A stretch of DNA of 64,000 nucleotides, from contig NC_087436.1 of assembly GCF_036321535.1 (NCBI RefSeq), positions 59,212,001 to 59,276,000 of the forward strand. Reading direction: 5' to 3'. A program made the translations under genes and the position numbers. The notes beneath the pieces were generated by a model. That model saw only the letters and a list, made by a program, of their open reading frames with translations. It did not search any database and was not told the DNA's origin. The stretch is from Camelus dromedarius. Taxonomy: Eukaryota. Position 1 is the first letter of the stretch. Each line of letters opens with the position of its first letter. Positions 1-11,643 of the stretch are shown here, piece after piece.

Positions 1-1305
1 TTATAGAATACTATGAACAGCTGTATGACAAAATTTATATAATCTAGATGGACAAATTCCTCAAAAGACACAAACTACCAAAACTGACTGAAGAAACTAA
101 AAATCTGAATAGATTAAACAAGTTAAAAAAAAAAAACCCTCCATCAAAACCCCGAGATGGTTTCACTGGTGAATTCTATCAAGTATTCTAAGAAGAATAA
201 ATACTAATTTTTCACAAACTCTTCCATAAAATAGAACAGGAGTGAATACTTCTACAGAAATTCTATAAGGCCAATGTTACCCTGATAACAAAACTAGAAA
301 AAGACTTTGAAGAAAACTAGTCTAACAGCCTTTATGAACACAGATGCTAAAAGTGTAAAGTACTAACAAATCAAATCTAGCAACATATAAAAACAACTAT
401 ACATCATGACCAAGTATGATTTATCCCAGAATGTAAAAGTGCTCTAACAAACAAAATTCAATTAATGTAATATACCATATTAATAAAGGAGAAAACCCAT
501 ACGATCATCTGAATAGATGCAGAAAAACTATTTAATTTTGATAACTTTTCATGATAGAAGCACTCAAGGCAGTATAAATAGAAGGAAACTTCCTCAACTT
601 TCATAGATAAAGGGCATGTATGAATACCCCAGCTAAACAGCATACTTAATGGTGGAAGAATGAATGCTACCACCTAAGATCAGGAAGAAAACTAGGATGT
701 CTATTTTCACTACTTCTATTCATTACTATACTGGAGTTTCTAGACAGGGAAATTGGACAAGAAAGAAAAGTAAGTTTCCAGACTGTTAAAAAAAACTAAA
801 AAATTTTAAAAAAAAAGACTATCTCTATTGACAGATAACATAGTCTTACACATAGAAAATCCTAAGAAATTAGCTGAAGGATTATTAGAACTAAATAAAC
901 CAGTTTAGATATGTTGCAGGATACAAGATCAATACACAAACAATAAATTGTATTTCTGAATGCTAGCAATGAACAATCTAAAAATAAAATTAAGAGAACA
1001 ATTTAAAGATTCAGTATAATCCCTATAAATATTCAAATTGCCTTGTTTGTTTACAGAAATTGTCAAATTGTTATTAAGAATGACACTGAAAGGCAAAGGA
1101 CTCAATAGCCAAAATAACCCTGGGAGAGTAGTGAATGGGGAGTGCCTGCTAATGGGACAAGAAGTAGGGCACTGAAAACATTCCAAATTTGGCAGCTATG
1201 ATGGCTGCTCAACTCTATGAATATACTGAAAACCATTAAACTGTGTATTTTAAAAAGGTGAAGTTTATGGTATGGGAATTAGATCTCAATAAAGGATATA
1301 AAAAA
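1..1305 (+). mobile_element. Decayed LINE-1 (L1MB-like): ORF2 RT-region remnant joined to 3' UTR end
   Basis: ORF2-like motifs (gatggtttcactggtgaattcta, atagatgcagaaaaactattt, ttgcaggatacaagatcaatacac) with many stops and frameshifts. 3' terminus 'ggaattagatctcaataaa' at ~1275-1293. Confidence 0.9.
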
Positions 1306-3584
1306 TGTTACAAAAAGGGATACTGGTTTTCCTTCTGTTTAAAATCAGTAAGTATAATAACCATTTATTTAAGAATATAATGATTAAGAGGAATTAGGAA
1401 TACATCAAGGGAACAAAGAAAATAAATACTAAAAATCAGATGGGCCTGTTAATAATTTATTCATTTAGCTCATTACTCTGGTCACCTGGCTTCTTGTCAC
1501 CATGATACTTCTGACTGTTAAACAGTTCTGAAATATATTCATACTTAGTCACATTTTAATTTATATATGTTTGCTAAATAGTTACATGCAGGTAATAGTC
1601 AGGGAACATAAACATTGATATTGAAATAAAAATTGGTGAGTAAAATAAAAATATGATAATAGCTTTGCAATTTTTCCTTAAAGATGATTTTAATGGTGTG
1701 AATAAGACAAAATTATTATCCAGTATTATTTAATAAAACCAGATGGGGTTAAGTGATGGTATTATGAAACCTCTATAAAATTGTTCATCTACAAATGCTT
1801 TTTTGTTCTTTGTGAATTAAAAGCCAGTATTACTATTAAGGTAGAAACATCATTAGTGGCTAATGTAAGACTTCTTATCTGGGGTAAGACCTATAGCTCC
1901 TATTATGCTTTTATTCCATTGTCAATTTAGGAAATTTCAGATTTTTTTTTTTTTGGAAAACAGTCTATAGGTAGAAGAAGATAAAAATAGGAGAAACAAT
2001 TAATACCTCGTACTCCCACAGTTCAAAACATATTTAATAAAGATCCACATAGATACAATTCTCTTAACTCTGTAAAATATACCCTCTTTTTTCTAAAAAT
2101 AAATGATGTATCATTCTAGCCTCAATGTTTAATAGTAATCATTCCTGCAGAGTCACATTTGTCATACTTTCATATTTATTAAAAACATGTTTATGGTTTT
2201 TCCATGACATCTAGCCTTTAGTTGTGATCCCCTGCATATATAATCCACCAGCTCAGTGTAATTTAATTCTGCTCAATAAGTATTTAAAAAAAGGACTTTT
2301 ATATGAAGAGTGGAAAGTAATATAGCAACACTGTCTAAGATAAATCCAACACACTCATTCAATCTAATAGTACTTCTAATTAAACTCCCATTATATCCTG
2401 CCACTGACAAAGATTTAAGAAATTTTGGAAAATAGTTGATACAGTCAAATATTTAATCCTAAGGGCTAGAGAAAAACTAATGGATATTTTCTTTATAACA
2501 ATCTTTAATGTGAGTGTTGAGTCATTTGGATGACAGTTCTTCTCAACTTCCATTCTAAATTTTATATTTTCCCAAAAAGGTTTATAATCCTTAATTATAC
2601 CTTAAGAGTAAACAGAACAAAAGGCAATGATGTGTATATTTCTAACAATATATTCCACCCTTTTTTTCTACTCTTACCTTGACAATATATTGTTTGTCTT
2701 TTTAACAGGGTATACTGTAATTTCTTTTTGCAGTATCTATTTATTGTCTTTCATTTTCAGTCCTATAAATATTGAATTTAATACCCTTCCTAAAATGATT
2801 CTTCTAATCCTTTCCCTGTGTTTTTATTATGTTAATCCTGATGAAACCTCCAAAGTAAATCCTGAAGGCATTTTTTATTGTCACAATTCATTGAAACATG
2901 GAACAGATTATAGATCATTCACTGCATTCTCACATTTCAGTCATTTGAAAAATGCATTTAGGTTATGCTAGATTTGAGATTAAATATCAAGAATAATATC
3001 CATTTTCTTTTTTACCATTTACTTAAATGCAGTCTAAACGATTATTGTGTACTCATTTAAAAGACTACGCTAAATATCTTCCTAGTAACGGAAAAAAACA
3101 CCCCAAGATCTTTGTCAAGTCCAAACATTCTCTTGATTTGCAGACTTACAATTTATCTCAGAAAGAAAATCGTTTAGTTTTATTTCTGTGAAACTCTGGA
3201 ACTTTAATATAAAATAAGAGCCCACCTTGACCCTTGGTGATTGATTTCCATGTTTTTTTCTGAGAGCAAAGAAATTTCTAGGGATACATTTTTTTTTAAG
3301 GTGCAAAAAGCTTTCACCATAGGTACCCTATTTTGTTTCAGTATCTCTTAATTATCACAATTTTTACCTGTATTTTTCATATCATTTGAGCTGGCACTTT
3401 AAATATTAGTCACATACTCAGGTTTGCATGTAATACACTTCTAATATGTTAATCATTATTATTACAAAGTTGAAACAAATTCCTATGTAAAAAATTACAC
3501 TGTTGCATCCCACCTTTCTCTCACTGTACAGCAATTTCTCTCATTGTAGCTGCATGCACAGGATGGACGGTGGCGATAGGGAAA

Positions 3585-4045
3585 TTTGGTTAAGAGTAGG
3601 CTCTCTCAAGCTGGACTGCCTGCATCAATGTCCTGCTCTAACTAACGGCTGTGTGATTACTAAGTAGCTTAATCTTTTTGGTTTATGGTTTCATTATCAC
3701 TAAAAAGGGGATTTAAATTTTCTTCTTTTTTTTTTCACTTTTTTTCTCTTTTTGACACCTTTATTGTGGTATAGTTCCTATACAGTAAACTACACACATT
3801 TCAAATATACAATTTGATGAATTTTGATAGATGTATACACCAGTGAAACTACTACCGCAATCAGGACAGCTAGCATTTCTATCACTCCCCAAGAGGTGCA
3901 ATTTTTCAAATTCCCAATCTATCCCTTCCCACCCACTAAAAGGACGATTTTCATGGTAGGTACTTCTTAGGACTAGGGGTGAGATTTAATGAGTTAATAA
4001 TCTGGCATCTGGAAAGCACTCAATCAATGTTTATTTTTGTTGCTT
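3585..4045 (+). mobile_element. MIR SINE split by an L1 3' end insertion
   Basis: MIR-like 5' part (ggttaagagtaggctct...ggctgtgtgatt...cttaatct) at ~3585-3714 resumes at ~3934-4045 (gtgagatttaatgagttaat...aagcactcaatcaatgtt). Confidence 0.7.
3715..3933 (-). mobile_element. 5'-truncated old L1 3' end (L1MB/MC/MD-like) with poly(T) tail
   Basis: T-rich tail followed by 'ctttattgtggtatagttcctatacagtaaactacacacatt...'. Flanked by degenerate TSD cactaaaaaggggattt (3698-3714) / cactaaaaggacgattt (3934-3950). Confidence 0.8.
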
Positions 4046-4164
4046 TGATATTTTAATTATTAAATTCCTAGAAGAATGTCTTACATAATTTCACTTAATT
4101 TTTTATTAAGATTATGACAGACTCCCAACAGACAGGAATTCCACTTTGTCCTTTTATCAGTAAC

Positions 4165-4980
4165 TATTTTTAACAGCTGAAATTGATGTCATAAAATTCA
4201 CTGTTTGTAAGTGTACAATTCAAATAAATTCAGATATTCAAGTAAATTTAGGTATTTATTGCAACATCACCACTAAGTTTTAAATTTTTTCATCCCTCCA
4301 AAAAGTATCCTTATACGTGCTTGCAGTCAATCCCCAGAAGTACTCCTAGTCCCAGAAAACTACTGATTCACTTTTCATCTCTAAATTTCCTCTTAAGAAC
4401 ATTTTATGTAAACAGAATCAAACAATAAATAGTCTTTTGCACCTGGCTCTTTTCACTTAATATAACGTGTTTGACGTACACTCCTATTACAGCATGTATT
4501 GGTAGTTTATTCTGAATAGTATTCCACTGTATGAATACAGCAAATTTTATTTATCTGTTTATCAGTTGAATGACATATGGATTGTTTCTGGCTCTTGCTA
4601 TTATGAGAAATGTTGCCATGAACATTCATGAACAAGTATTTGGGCAAACATATATTTTCATCTCTGTAGAGTAGATTGATAAGAATGAAACTGCTGTGTA
4701 TGATAGGTTATATTTAACTTTTTAAGACCTTGTCAAAATGTTTTCCATAACTGTTGAGCTATTTTACCTTCCCACCAGCAATGTATAAGGGTTCCAGTTT
4801 CTCCACATTTTTAGCAACACTTGGTATTGTCTGTTGTTCAAATATAGCCATTTCAGAGGAATCTCTTTGTAGTTTTAATTTGTGCTTCCTTGGTGACTAA
4901 TGATGTTTAGAGTCTTTGCATGTATTTATTAGCAATTGTTATGTCTACTTTTGTGAAATGTTTATTCAAAGTTGACCCAG
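4165..4980 (-). mobile_element. LINE-1 3' portion (L1MB-like)
   Basis: Antisense L1 motifs: gtagtattccactgtatgaata, ttcccaccagcaatgtataagggttccagtttctccaca, gactaatgatgtt. Confidence 0.9.
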
Positions 4981-5599
4981 CTGTACTAAAGTTCAAAAAT
5001 TGGATTAATCTATTTGTAACTTTTCTTGATCTAAGATCACTTAAATAAGCTATTTGAAGAAAACTTTCTCATTATCTTTGTCTTTATTAGATTCTAATGT
5101 TTTAATAAAATTCTTTTGTACCCTGGAGCCTATGAACTCTAGCCTCCTAAGTGAAAGTTTAGATACTCCTCTTTTTAACTTTTTTTAATTCACAGTAGGT
5201 AATTTTCCAAAGGACAGATGGGAACACATAACTAGAGGCCAGTGCTTTACTATGCTTCTAATACATTAAAATTAATAATATTTTCTTCACTAATATTTCT
5301 CACATTTTAAATATATATACATGTATATATAATGAATTCATTTCTAATAATTTCTAGAATTTCCCTGTCTATAGCATATATATCATTTAGAATATGCAAT
5401 CTTATACAGATTTCCCACACAAAATGGCTTAAAGGCAAAATTTGCTTTGGAATTCAATGACTTACTGATTCAAAATATTGCAAGTTATGCATTAACTCCT
5501 AATTGAAAAATCCATACCATAATTATGGCTTGTTATGATGTTAAAAGCATGACCATCAATGGCTATCTGTAATTCAAATACAAGTTAAGACTATTTTCA

Positions 5600-5900
5600 G
5601 TTAATTCATTGATTTCTCAAATATTTAGTAACCTACTATAAATTAGGCACAATTATTGCACTTGATATTTCAGTTAAGAACAAGACCAGTGTTCTATACT
5701 CATTTTACTACATTATACTGACAGAAACCAACAAAATAAGAGAGAAAAAGAAAAATAGGAAAATTATTTAATAGTAATGATAACAATAATAATGATGAAA
5801 CATTAGGTTTATGAAGGAAACAACTTAGAGTCTCTTAAAGAGAAATAAATGGCAAGTGAGAGACCTGCTTTAGGTAGAAGAGGTCTTTTTGTGATTCAGC
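5600..5900 (-). mobile_element. L2 3' fragment
   Basis: attcattgatttctcaaatatttagtaacctactat...aggcac resembles the reverse complement of the L2 3' terminus. Confidence 0.55.
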
Positions 5901-6273
5901 TTCATTACTTCTAAGAGGAGCTAGCAATGTTAGTTACTTCATAGGACTATAGTGTCATCAAATGAGTTAAAACACCTGGCACACAGAAAATACTCAACAA
6001 GTATTATTATTATTGTTGATATTATCACATACAAAAAGAATGCTTGATTTAATTTCATTTAATGTTTTAAAGTTTCACTTAATTTAGTATGAAATGAGCA
6101 TGCTCTACAGTAAATATTATAAAGACTTTTTTTTTTTTAATAAGAAGCTTAATTCTCTCCAGGAGAAATGAAGGAATGGAAAGTTTGACAATAGAAAGTA
6201 AAAGTTAAGAAACATGGAAATAAAGGTTAAAATGTCAAATTTTGTATCAAAGGAGCCTAAGGAGGAATTATTT

Positions 6274-6288
6274 TAAATAAATAAATAA

Positions 6289-6321
<33 letters not shown>

Positions 6322-6332
6322 CAGATAGATAG
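6274..6332 (+). repeat. (TAAA)n(TAGA)n microsatellite
   Basis: Read directly from sequence. Confidence 0.97.
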
Positions 6333-6431
6333 TAGAGAAGCATGAGGAAAATTGGTAGAGAATTTTCCAGGATTTAAGAAAGAAGAAAGACCCAGTTAAA
6401 TGTCCATAAAATATGAAAAGGGCAGATAAGG

Positions 6432-6432
<1 letters not shown>

Positions 6433-6478
<46 letters not shown>
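6433..6478 (+). repeat. (CA)n microsatellite
   Basis: Read directly from sequence. Confidence 0.98.
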
Positions 6479-6481
<3 letters not shown>

Positions 6482-7536
6482 ATACACATGCTACATATAC
6501 ATATATAATAGAAGATAAAAATAACTATAAACCTCCTAGAAATAAAAAGGAGATCATCTATAAAGAACAAGTTATAAATTGATAGCAGATTCCTTAATAG
6601 TAATACCGGCTGCAAGAAATGATAATTATATGAGGAAAGCAATTTAAGCCTAAAATTTTATATGTAGCAGAAGTATTATTTGTACTGTAAAGTGAGATTT
6701 TAAAATATAGAAATATACATAAATTAGATATTAATAGATAATTTAGTAAAGTTTGCTTTTTGTGTAAAACAGAAGTGATTTTAAAATATAGAATTCTAGA
6801 CAAAAATTAACACAATGGCAGCAGCAGAAGTCTGGATATAAAAAAAAAAAAGGAAAAGAGGAAAGGGAGAGTACCCAATAATATAATTTTTATCCAAGAG
6901 AAGTTACACATATTGATAAGCATAAGAAATAAATAAAAAGATAAAAATAAATACCAGTCTTAATAGAGGTACTTTTTAAAGGAATGTAAACAGATTAAAT
7001 AATTTTTCAAATTAGCTGAAGTAAGTGTAAAAAATCCAAAGGAAGTCAAGAAATAAAAATAAATAGAAAACAAAATGGAAGAAATATATCAGTGACACAA
7101 TAAATGTAAATGGTTAAACCAAATATAATCAGAGATTCCCCAAACAAATAAATAAGAATGAGCAATATGTCAGGACTATGAGAAACAGTTAAATCAGAAA
7201 AAGGCTGAAATTTTAAAATAAAGGAATAAGACCATGGGCCAAAAGAAATCTAAGATGTAAATTTAAATAAACAATTTGGTATTCAATGAAAAACAAAACA
7301 AACAAGAAAAAACCTAACAAAGTATTATAACAAAGTGGTACTGTATACTGGTAAAAGAAAAATGGATCAATATAATATTTTCAGCATGAGACATACTCAA
7401 TAATATAGTTTCATATTATATTCATATAAATAAGGTAACTAGACTATGAAACATTAAAAGCACTTAAAATATTCTTATCCAAAACTGATAGATCAAGCAG
7501 AAAAAATAAAGATATAGACATGCAATGAACTTCACA

Positions 7537-7791
7537 ATTATTCCAAAATAATAAATAATAATCATGAGAGTATTTAACACACTATGAGGTACTGTGTATT
7601 TACCTAAATTAATTCATTTAATCTTCAGTCCAAGTCTACGGGATATCTTACTGTTATCTCAATTTTTCATTTGAGAAAACTAATCACAGAATTTTTAATA
7701 TGCCCAAAATTGTTCAGAAAGTAGTGGCAAAACGGTTTCAATCAGTTACTCTGAATTCCAGAGCCTATGCTATTAAATGGTACATTATATG
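7537..7791 (-). mobile_element. MIR SINE, near full length
   Basis: attcatttaatcttc...atctcaatttttcatttgagaaaactaatcacaga...tctgaattccagagcctatgct. Flanked by gaacttcaca at 7527-7536 and 7792-7801. Confidence 0.85.
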
Positions 7792-8003
7792 GAACTTCAC
7801 ATGCCCTATTCAAAATAATAAACATTTAGCAACATTCACGAAACATTCACAAAATTTGACCATGCACAAAGCTAAAAAAGATAGAGAAACCAATTTCAAA
7901 ATAACCACGTATTTTTTACTATGGTCTTTGGTCATAATAAATAAAAGTAGGAAAAAAAAATAGGTCTTTGGTCATAATAAAAAAAAGTAGGAAAAAAACT
8001 CCA

Positions 8004-9651
8004 CATCAAGAGAATGAGAAGACAAGCCACAGACCAGGAGAAAATATCTGCAAAAGACACATCTGATAAAGATTTATCCAAAATATAAAAAGAACTCTTA
8101 AAACTCAACAATAAGAAAATGAATAACCCAAATAAAAAATGGGCAAAAGACGTGAGTGGATATCTCACTAAAGTAGATGGCAAGTAGGTATATAATAATA
8201 CGTTCAACAACATATGTCATTAGGGAAATGCAAATTAAAGTAACAATGAATCTATTAGAATGGCCAAGTCTATTAGAATGGCCAAAATATGGAACGTTGA
8301 TACAACAAACATTGGTGAGGATATCAAGCAGCAAGAAATTCTCATTCATTGCTGGTGGGGACACAAATGGTACAACCACTTTGGAAAATGTTTTGGAAGT
8401 TCCTTGCAAAACTAAACATACCCTTACCACACTGAGACAGAAGGGAAAGGGCCAGGACAGCTGCTAGGTAAATGAAGAAGGGGCGAAGCTACTAGGACGC
8501 GATAAAACTCACCAGGAACCAGCTAAAACCAACGAGGCTCTGGAAATAGTCCTGTCACTGACATTTAGCTCGTTATACCTTAATTGTACTAAAAATCACT
8601 CCCTCTGATGCCACAGCAGTTCTGAGACAGACCATAAAAGGCCATAAAGTGGGCAGTGGCCCAGTTCTGAGGAAACCCCCACTCTTCCCCAAAATAGCAA
8701 GAATATTCCGCCCACTCATTAGCATATGAAACTAGCTCATAAAAACCAATGACTCTGTGTCCTGGGGTGGCCCTCACTTTCTGAGATGGTCACCATTCTG
8801 CTAATGTAGTGTGTATCCCTGTAAATAAACTTGTTTTTGCTTTTCTTTGGCTCACTCTTGAATTCTTTCCTGCGTTAAGCCAAGGGTTTTAACTTGGCGG
8901 TCAGTCCTAAGGACTCTTGCAGGTTCCAGGATGTGACATTTTCCTCTCCTGCAACAATACCATCCAGCAATTCACCCTCCTTGGTATTTAACCAAATGAA
9001 GTAAAAACTTATGTCTATACAAAAACCTGCACATGGAGGCTTTTAGAAGCTTTATTCATAACTGCCAAAACTTGGAAGAAACCAAGATGTCTTTCAGTAG
9101 GTAAGTGGATAAAGTGTAGTAATCAAGACAGTGGAATGTTACTCAGTGCTAAAAAGAAATGAGTTACCAAGCCCTGAAAACACATGGTGGAAACTTAAAT
9201 GCATATTACCAAGTCAATCTGAAAGGGCTACACACTGTATGATTTCATGTAGATGACACTTAGGAAAAGAAAAACTATATAGACAATAAAAAGATCAGTG
9301 GTTGCCAGCAGGTAGGGAGCAGGGAGGAATGAATAGGCAGAGCACAGTGGATTTTTAATGCAGTGAAACTATACAGTATGTTACAAAAATGATGGATACA
9401 CATTGTTTTAATTTTTTCAAAACTAACAGAATGTACACCAGGAGTGAACTCTAATGTAAATCATGAACTTTGAATAATAATGATGTTATCAATGTAGGTT
9501 CACGATTGTAATAAATGTACCACTCTCAAGTACAATGTCAATAATGTACACAGGAAAGCCTGTGCCTGTGTGTGGGAACAAGAAGTCTGCACTTCGCACT
9601 CTGTTGTGCTGTGAATCTAAAGCTATTCTAAAAAATAAAGTTTATTAATCA
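8004..9651 (+). mobile_element. L1MC-like (L1MC1-type) ORF2 3' end plus 3' UTR, interrupted by an LTR
   Basis: ORF2 C-terminal motifs (gggaaatgcaaattaaa, cattgctggtggg, caaccactttggaaaa). 3' end 'gctgtgaatctaaagctattctaaaaaataaag'. Putative TSD aaaaaaa(c/t)tcca at 7992-8003 and 9652-9663. Confidence 0.9.
8433..8956 (+). mobile_element. ERV1-class solo LTR
   Basis: TG...CA termini, 4-bp TSD acac/atac, AATAAA at 8824, and U5-like 'cttgaattctttcctgcg...aagccaag'. The host L1 sequence is contiguous across it. Confidence 0.9.
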
Positions 9652-9836
9652 AAAAAAATTCCATGCATCTCAAGATTAAAAAACAAATAAGTACTACATG
9701 TATTGCTTAGAATCAAACTACAACAACAAATACAAATTCTCAAAATTCATGGATACAGACATGTATGCCTTGGATGAAAACTGGAAACATTTATTTAAAT
9801 TAATTATATAAATTAAGTAGGATTAAAATTAAGCAC

Positions 9837-9988
9837 TTTTAAAAAACTTTTAATTTTTACTTTTTTTGGGGGGGGGGCGGTAATTAGGTTTATTTATTTT
9901 ATTTTAGGAGGAGGTGCTGGGGATTTAATCCAGGACTTCATGCATGCTAAGCATGTGCTCTACCACTTGAGGTATACTTTCCCTGTCA
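9837..9988 (-). mobile_element. tRNA-Ala-derived SINE (Vic-1-like, long-tail form)
   Basis: Minus strand reads ...ctcaagtggtagagcacatgcttagcatgcatgaagtcctggattaaatccccagcacctcc followed by an aataaataaacctaattacc-C-run tail. Perfect TSD aaaattaagcac at 9825-9836 and 9989-10000. Confidence 0.92.
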
Positions 9989-10071
9989 AAAATTAAGCAC
10001 ATCCTTTGACCTAGCCATTCCAATCATGGTTTTAAGCCTTAGAAAAAATTCTACACAAATACAGAATGGTA

Positions 10072-10554
10072 CAGAAGTCCTCAAGTTACGATTTTTGACT
10101 TAATGATGATGCAAAAGTGATACAAGTTCAGCAGAAAACATACTGAATTTTGACTTTTTTCCCAGGCTCGCATAATTATGCGAGAGAATACCCTCCTGAT
10201 GCTGGGCAGAGGCGGCAAGCTGCAGCTCCCAGTCAGCCACACAATCATGATCACGAGAGTAAACAACGGATACACTTAACAACCTTTCTGTACCCATACA
10301 ACCACTGTTTTTCACCTTCAGTACAGTATTCAATTACATGAGATGTTCCATACTTATTTATAAAATAGGTTTTGTGTTAGATGATTTTGCTCAACTGTAG
10401 GCTAATGTAAAGTTCCTGAGAACATTTAAGGTAGTCTAGGCTAAGCTGTGATGTTTTTTAGACTAGGTGTATTAAAGGCATTTTTGACTTTACGATATTT
10501 TAACTTATGTGGATTTACTGGGATGTAACTGCACTGTAAGCTGTGGAAGATGTG
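10072..10554. mobile_element. TcMar-Tigger non-autonomous DNA transposon (MER47/Tigger5-like)
   Basis: TA on both flanks (10070-10071, 10555-10556). Degenerate TIRs cagaagtcctcaagttacga / ctgtaagctgtggaagatgtg. Internal 'ttgtgttagatgattttgctcaactgtaggctaatgtaa' matches my recall of MER47. Confidence 0.85.
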
Positions 10555-11409
10555 TATAAAAGGCAGGATGCTTTATCTTAGCAGTTTTTGCAGTTACAGG
10601 GAATGGGAGATAATCTAAGACAGTTGGCATAATAAATGAGTAAATTGTAGTGGATATTTGCAATGGAATTCTATGCAGTATTTAGAAGCACTGAATTAGA
10701 CTCCATAGTCTTTTAAACATAGGATTAAGTAAAAAAGTTGATTTATACTTATGTAAATTAAGCATATGCAATGCAACATATTTTACATCAAACATTGCCA
10801 TCACAGTGCATTTATCAAACTCACTTAGAAAAGTGCATAAAAGGAGAAGGGGGTAGTAGGAAAAATATATAAGAAAAAGGATGAGGTACAAGGACAGGTG
10901 CTACAAACTGAGGAATGTCATTAGGTGACCCCTCTGTACCTGAGGTGCCCACGAAAGACAGATAAAGAGAGAAGTGTGACTATAAAATTTACTTACCTAA
11001 ATAAATGTAGTAATCAGGTAATAATCTTTTTATCCCTCCATAAAAAATGGAGGACATAATTATAATTACTATTCTACTTATTTAAAATCAAGAGAAGTAT
11101 AGAAAAACATACTTTCTCAAGGTCACGCAATCAGTAATAAAAACATAAATGGAACAAAGACCATGGATAACTTCTAGAGTAATGGTCTATCACTTATATA
11201 CCATATTCTCTCATTAGAGTAGATATAAGGGGAAAAATCTTTGGAAATAAAAGTAGTTATCCCAGTGGGATAATATACAGTGTAAGTAATTCTCGCTTTT
11301 CTCTGTAGTTGCAAAAATCACTGAATTATTTTCCAGCTAAAGAAGCGAGGAGGTGAAATGTCTAAATTTTCTTTTTACTGATTTCCTATAACTTTTATTT
11401 TAACTTTAC

Positions 11410-11643
11410 CATGCAGTAGAAGTGGATTTCTCATTTTGAAACCAACAAAGAATGTCATTTTGCTTTTCCAACTCTGACTTTGGGTCGATTTTCCATTTGC
11501 AAATTCCATCTCAACTGCTGTATTTCTCAGTATCAAGGACCAGATGCATGGCGGAGCTGCACTTCTTAATGTATCATCTGTTCCCAGTGGTTTTGCATAA
11601 TATATGTGGCTTGGAGATGCATAGTTAATTGCAGTAATCCACA
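11410..11643 (-). other. Candidate exon or conserved non-coding element (unrecognised)
   Basis: Non-repeat block bounded by tttacag| and |gtaaag. 234 nt, open in one frame (WITAINYASPSH...NPLLLH). The acceptor is weak and I recognise no homolog. Confidence 0.15.

Larger units (their letters stand above)
6150..10860 (+). mobile_element. Very old, fragmented LINE-1 (L1ME-like) host with ORF1 C-terminus, endonuclease start and ORF2 3' remnants
   Basis: ORF1-like 'ttgatagcagattcc...gcctaaaattttatatgtagc' (~6580-6670). EN-like 'ataaatgtaaatggttaaac' (NVNGLN, ~7099-7118) and 'acattcacaaaatttgaccat' (TFTKFDH, ~7843-7863). 'cctttgacctagccattcc' (~10003) and 'caatggaattctatgcag' (~10661). Interrupted by several insertions. 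Confidence 0.7.

Noticed and set aside
2627..2971. 114-aa hydrophobic ORF as a membrane protein
   Set aside because: The hydrophobicity follows from T-rich composition. No domain or splice support.
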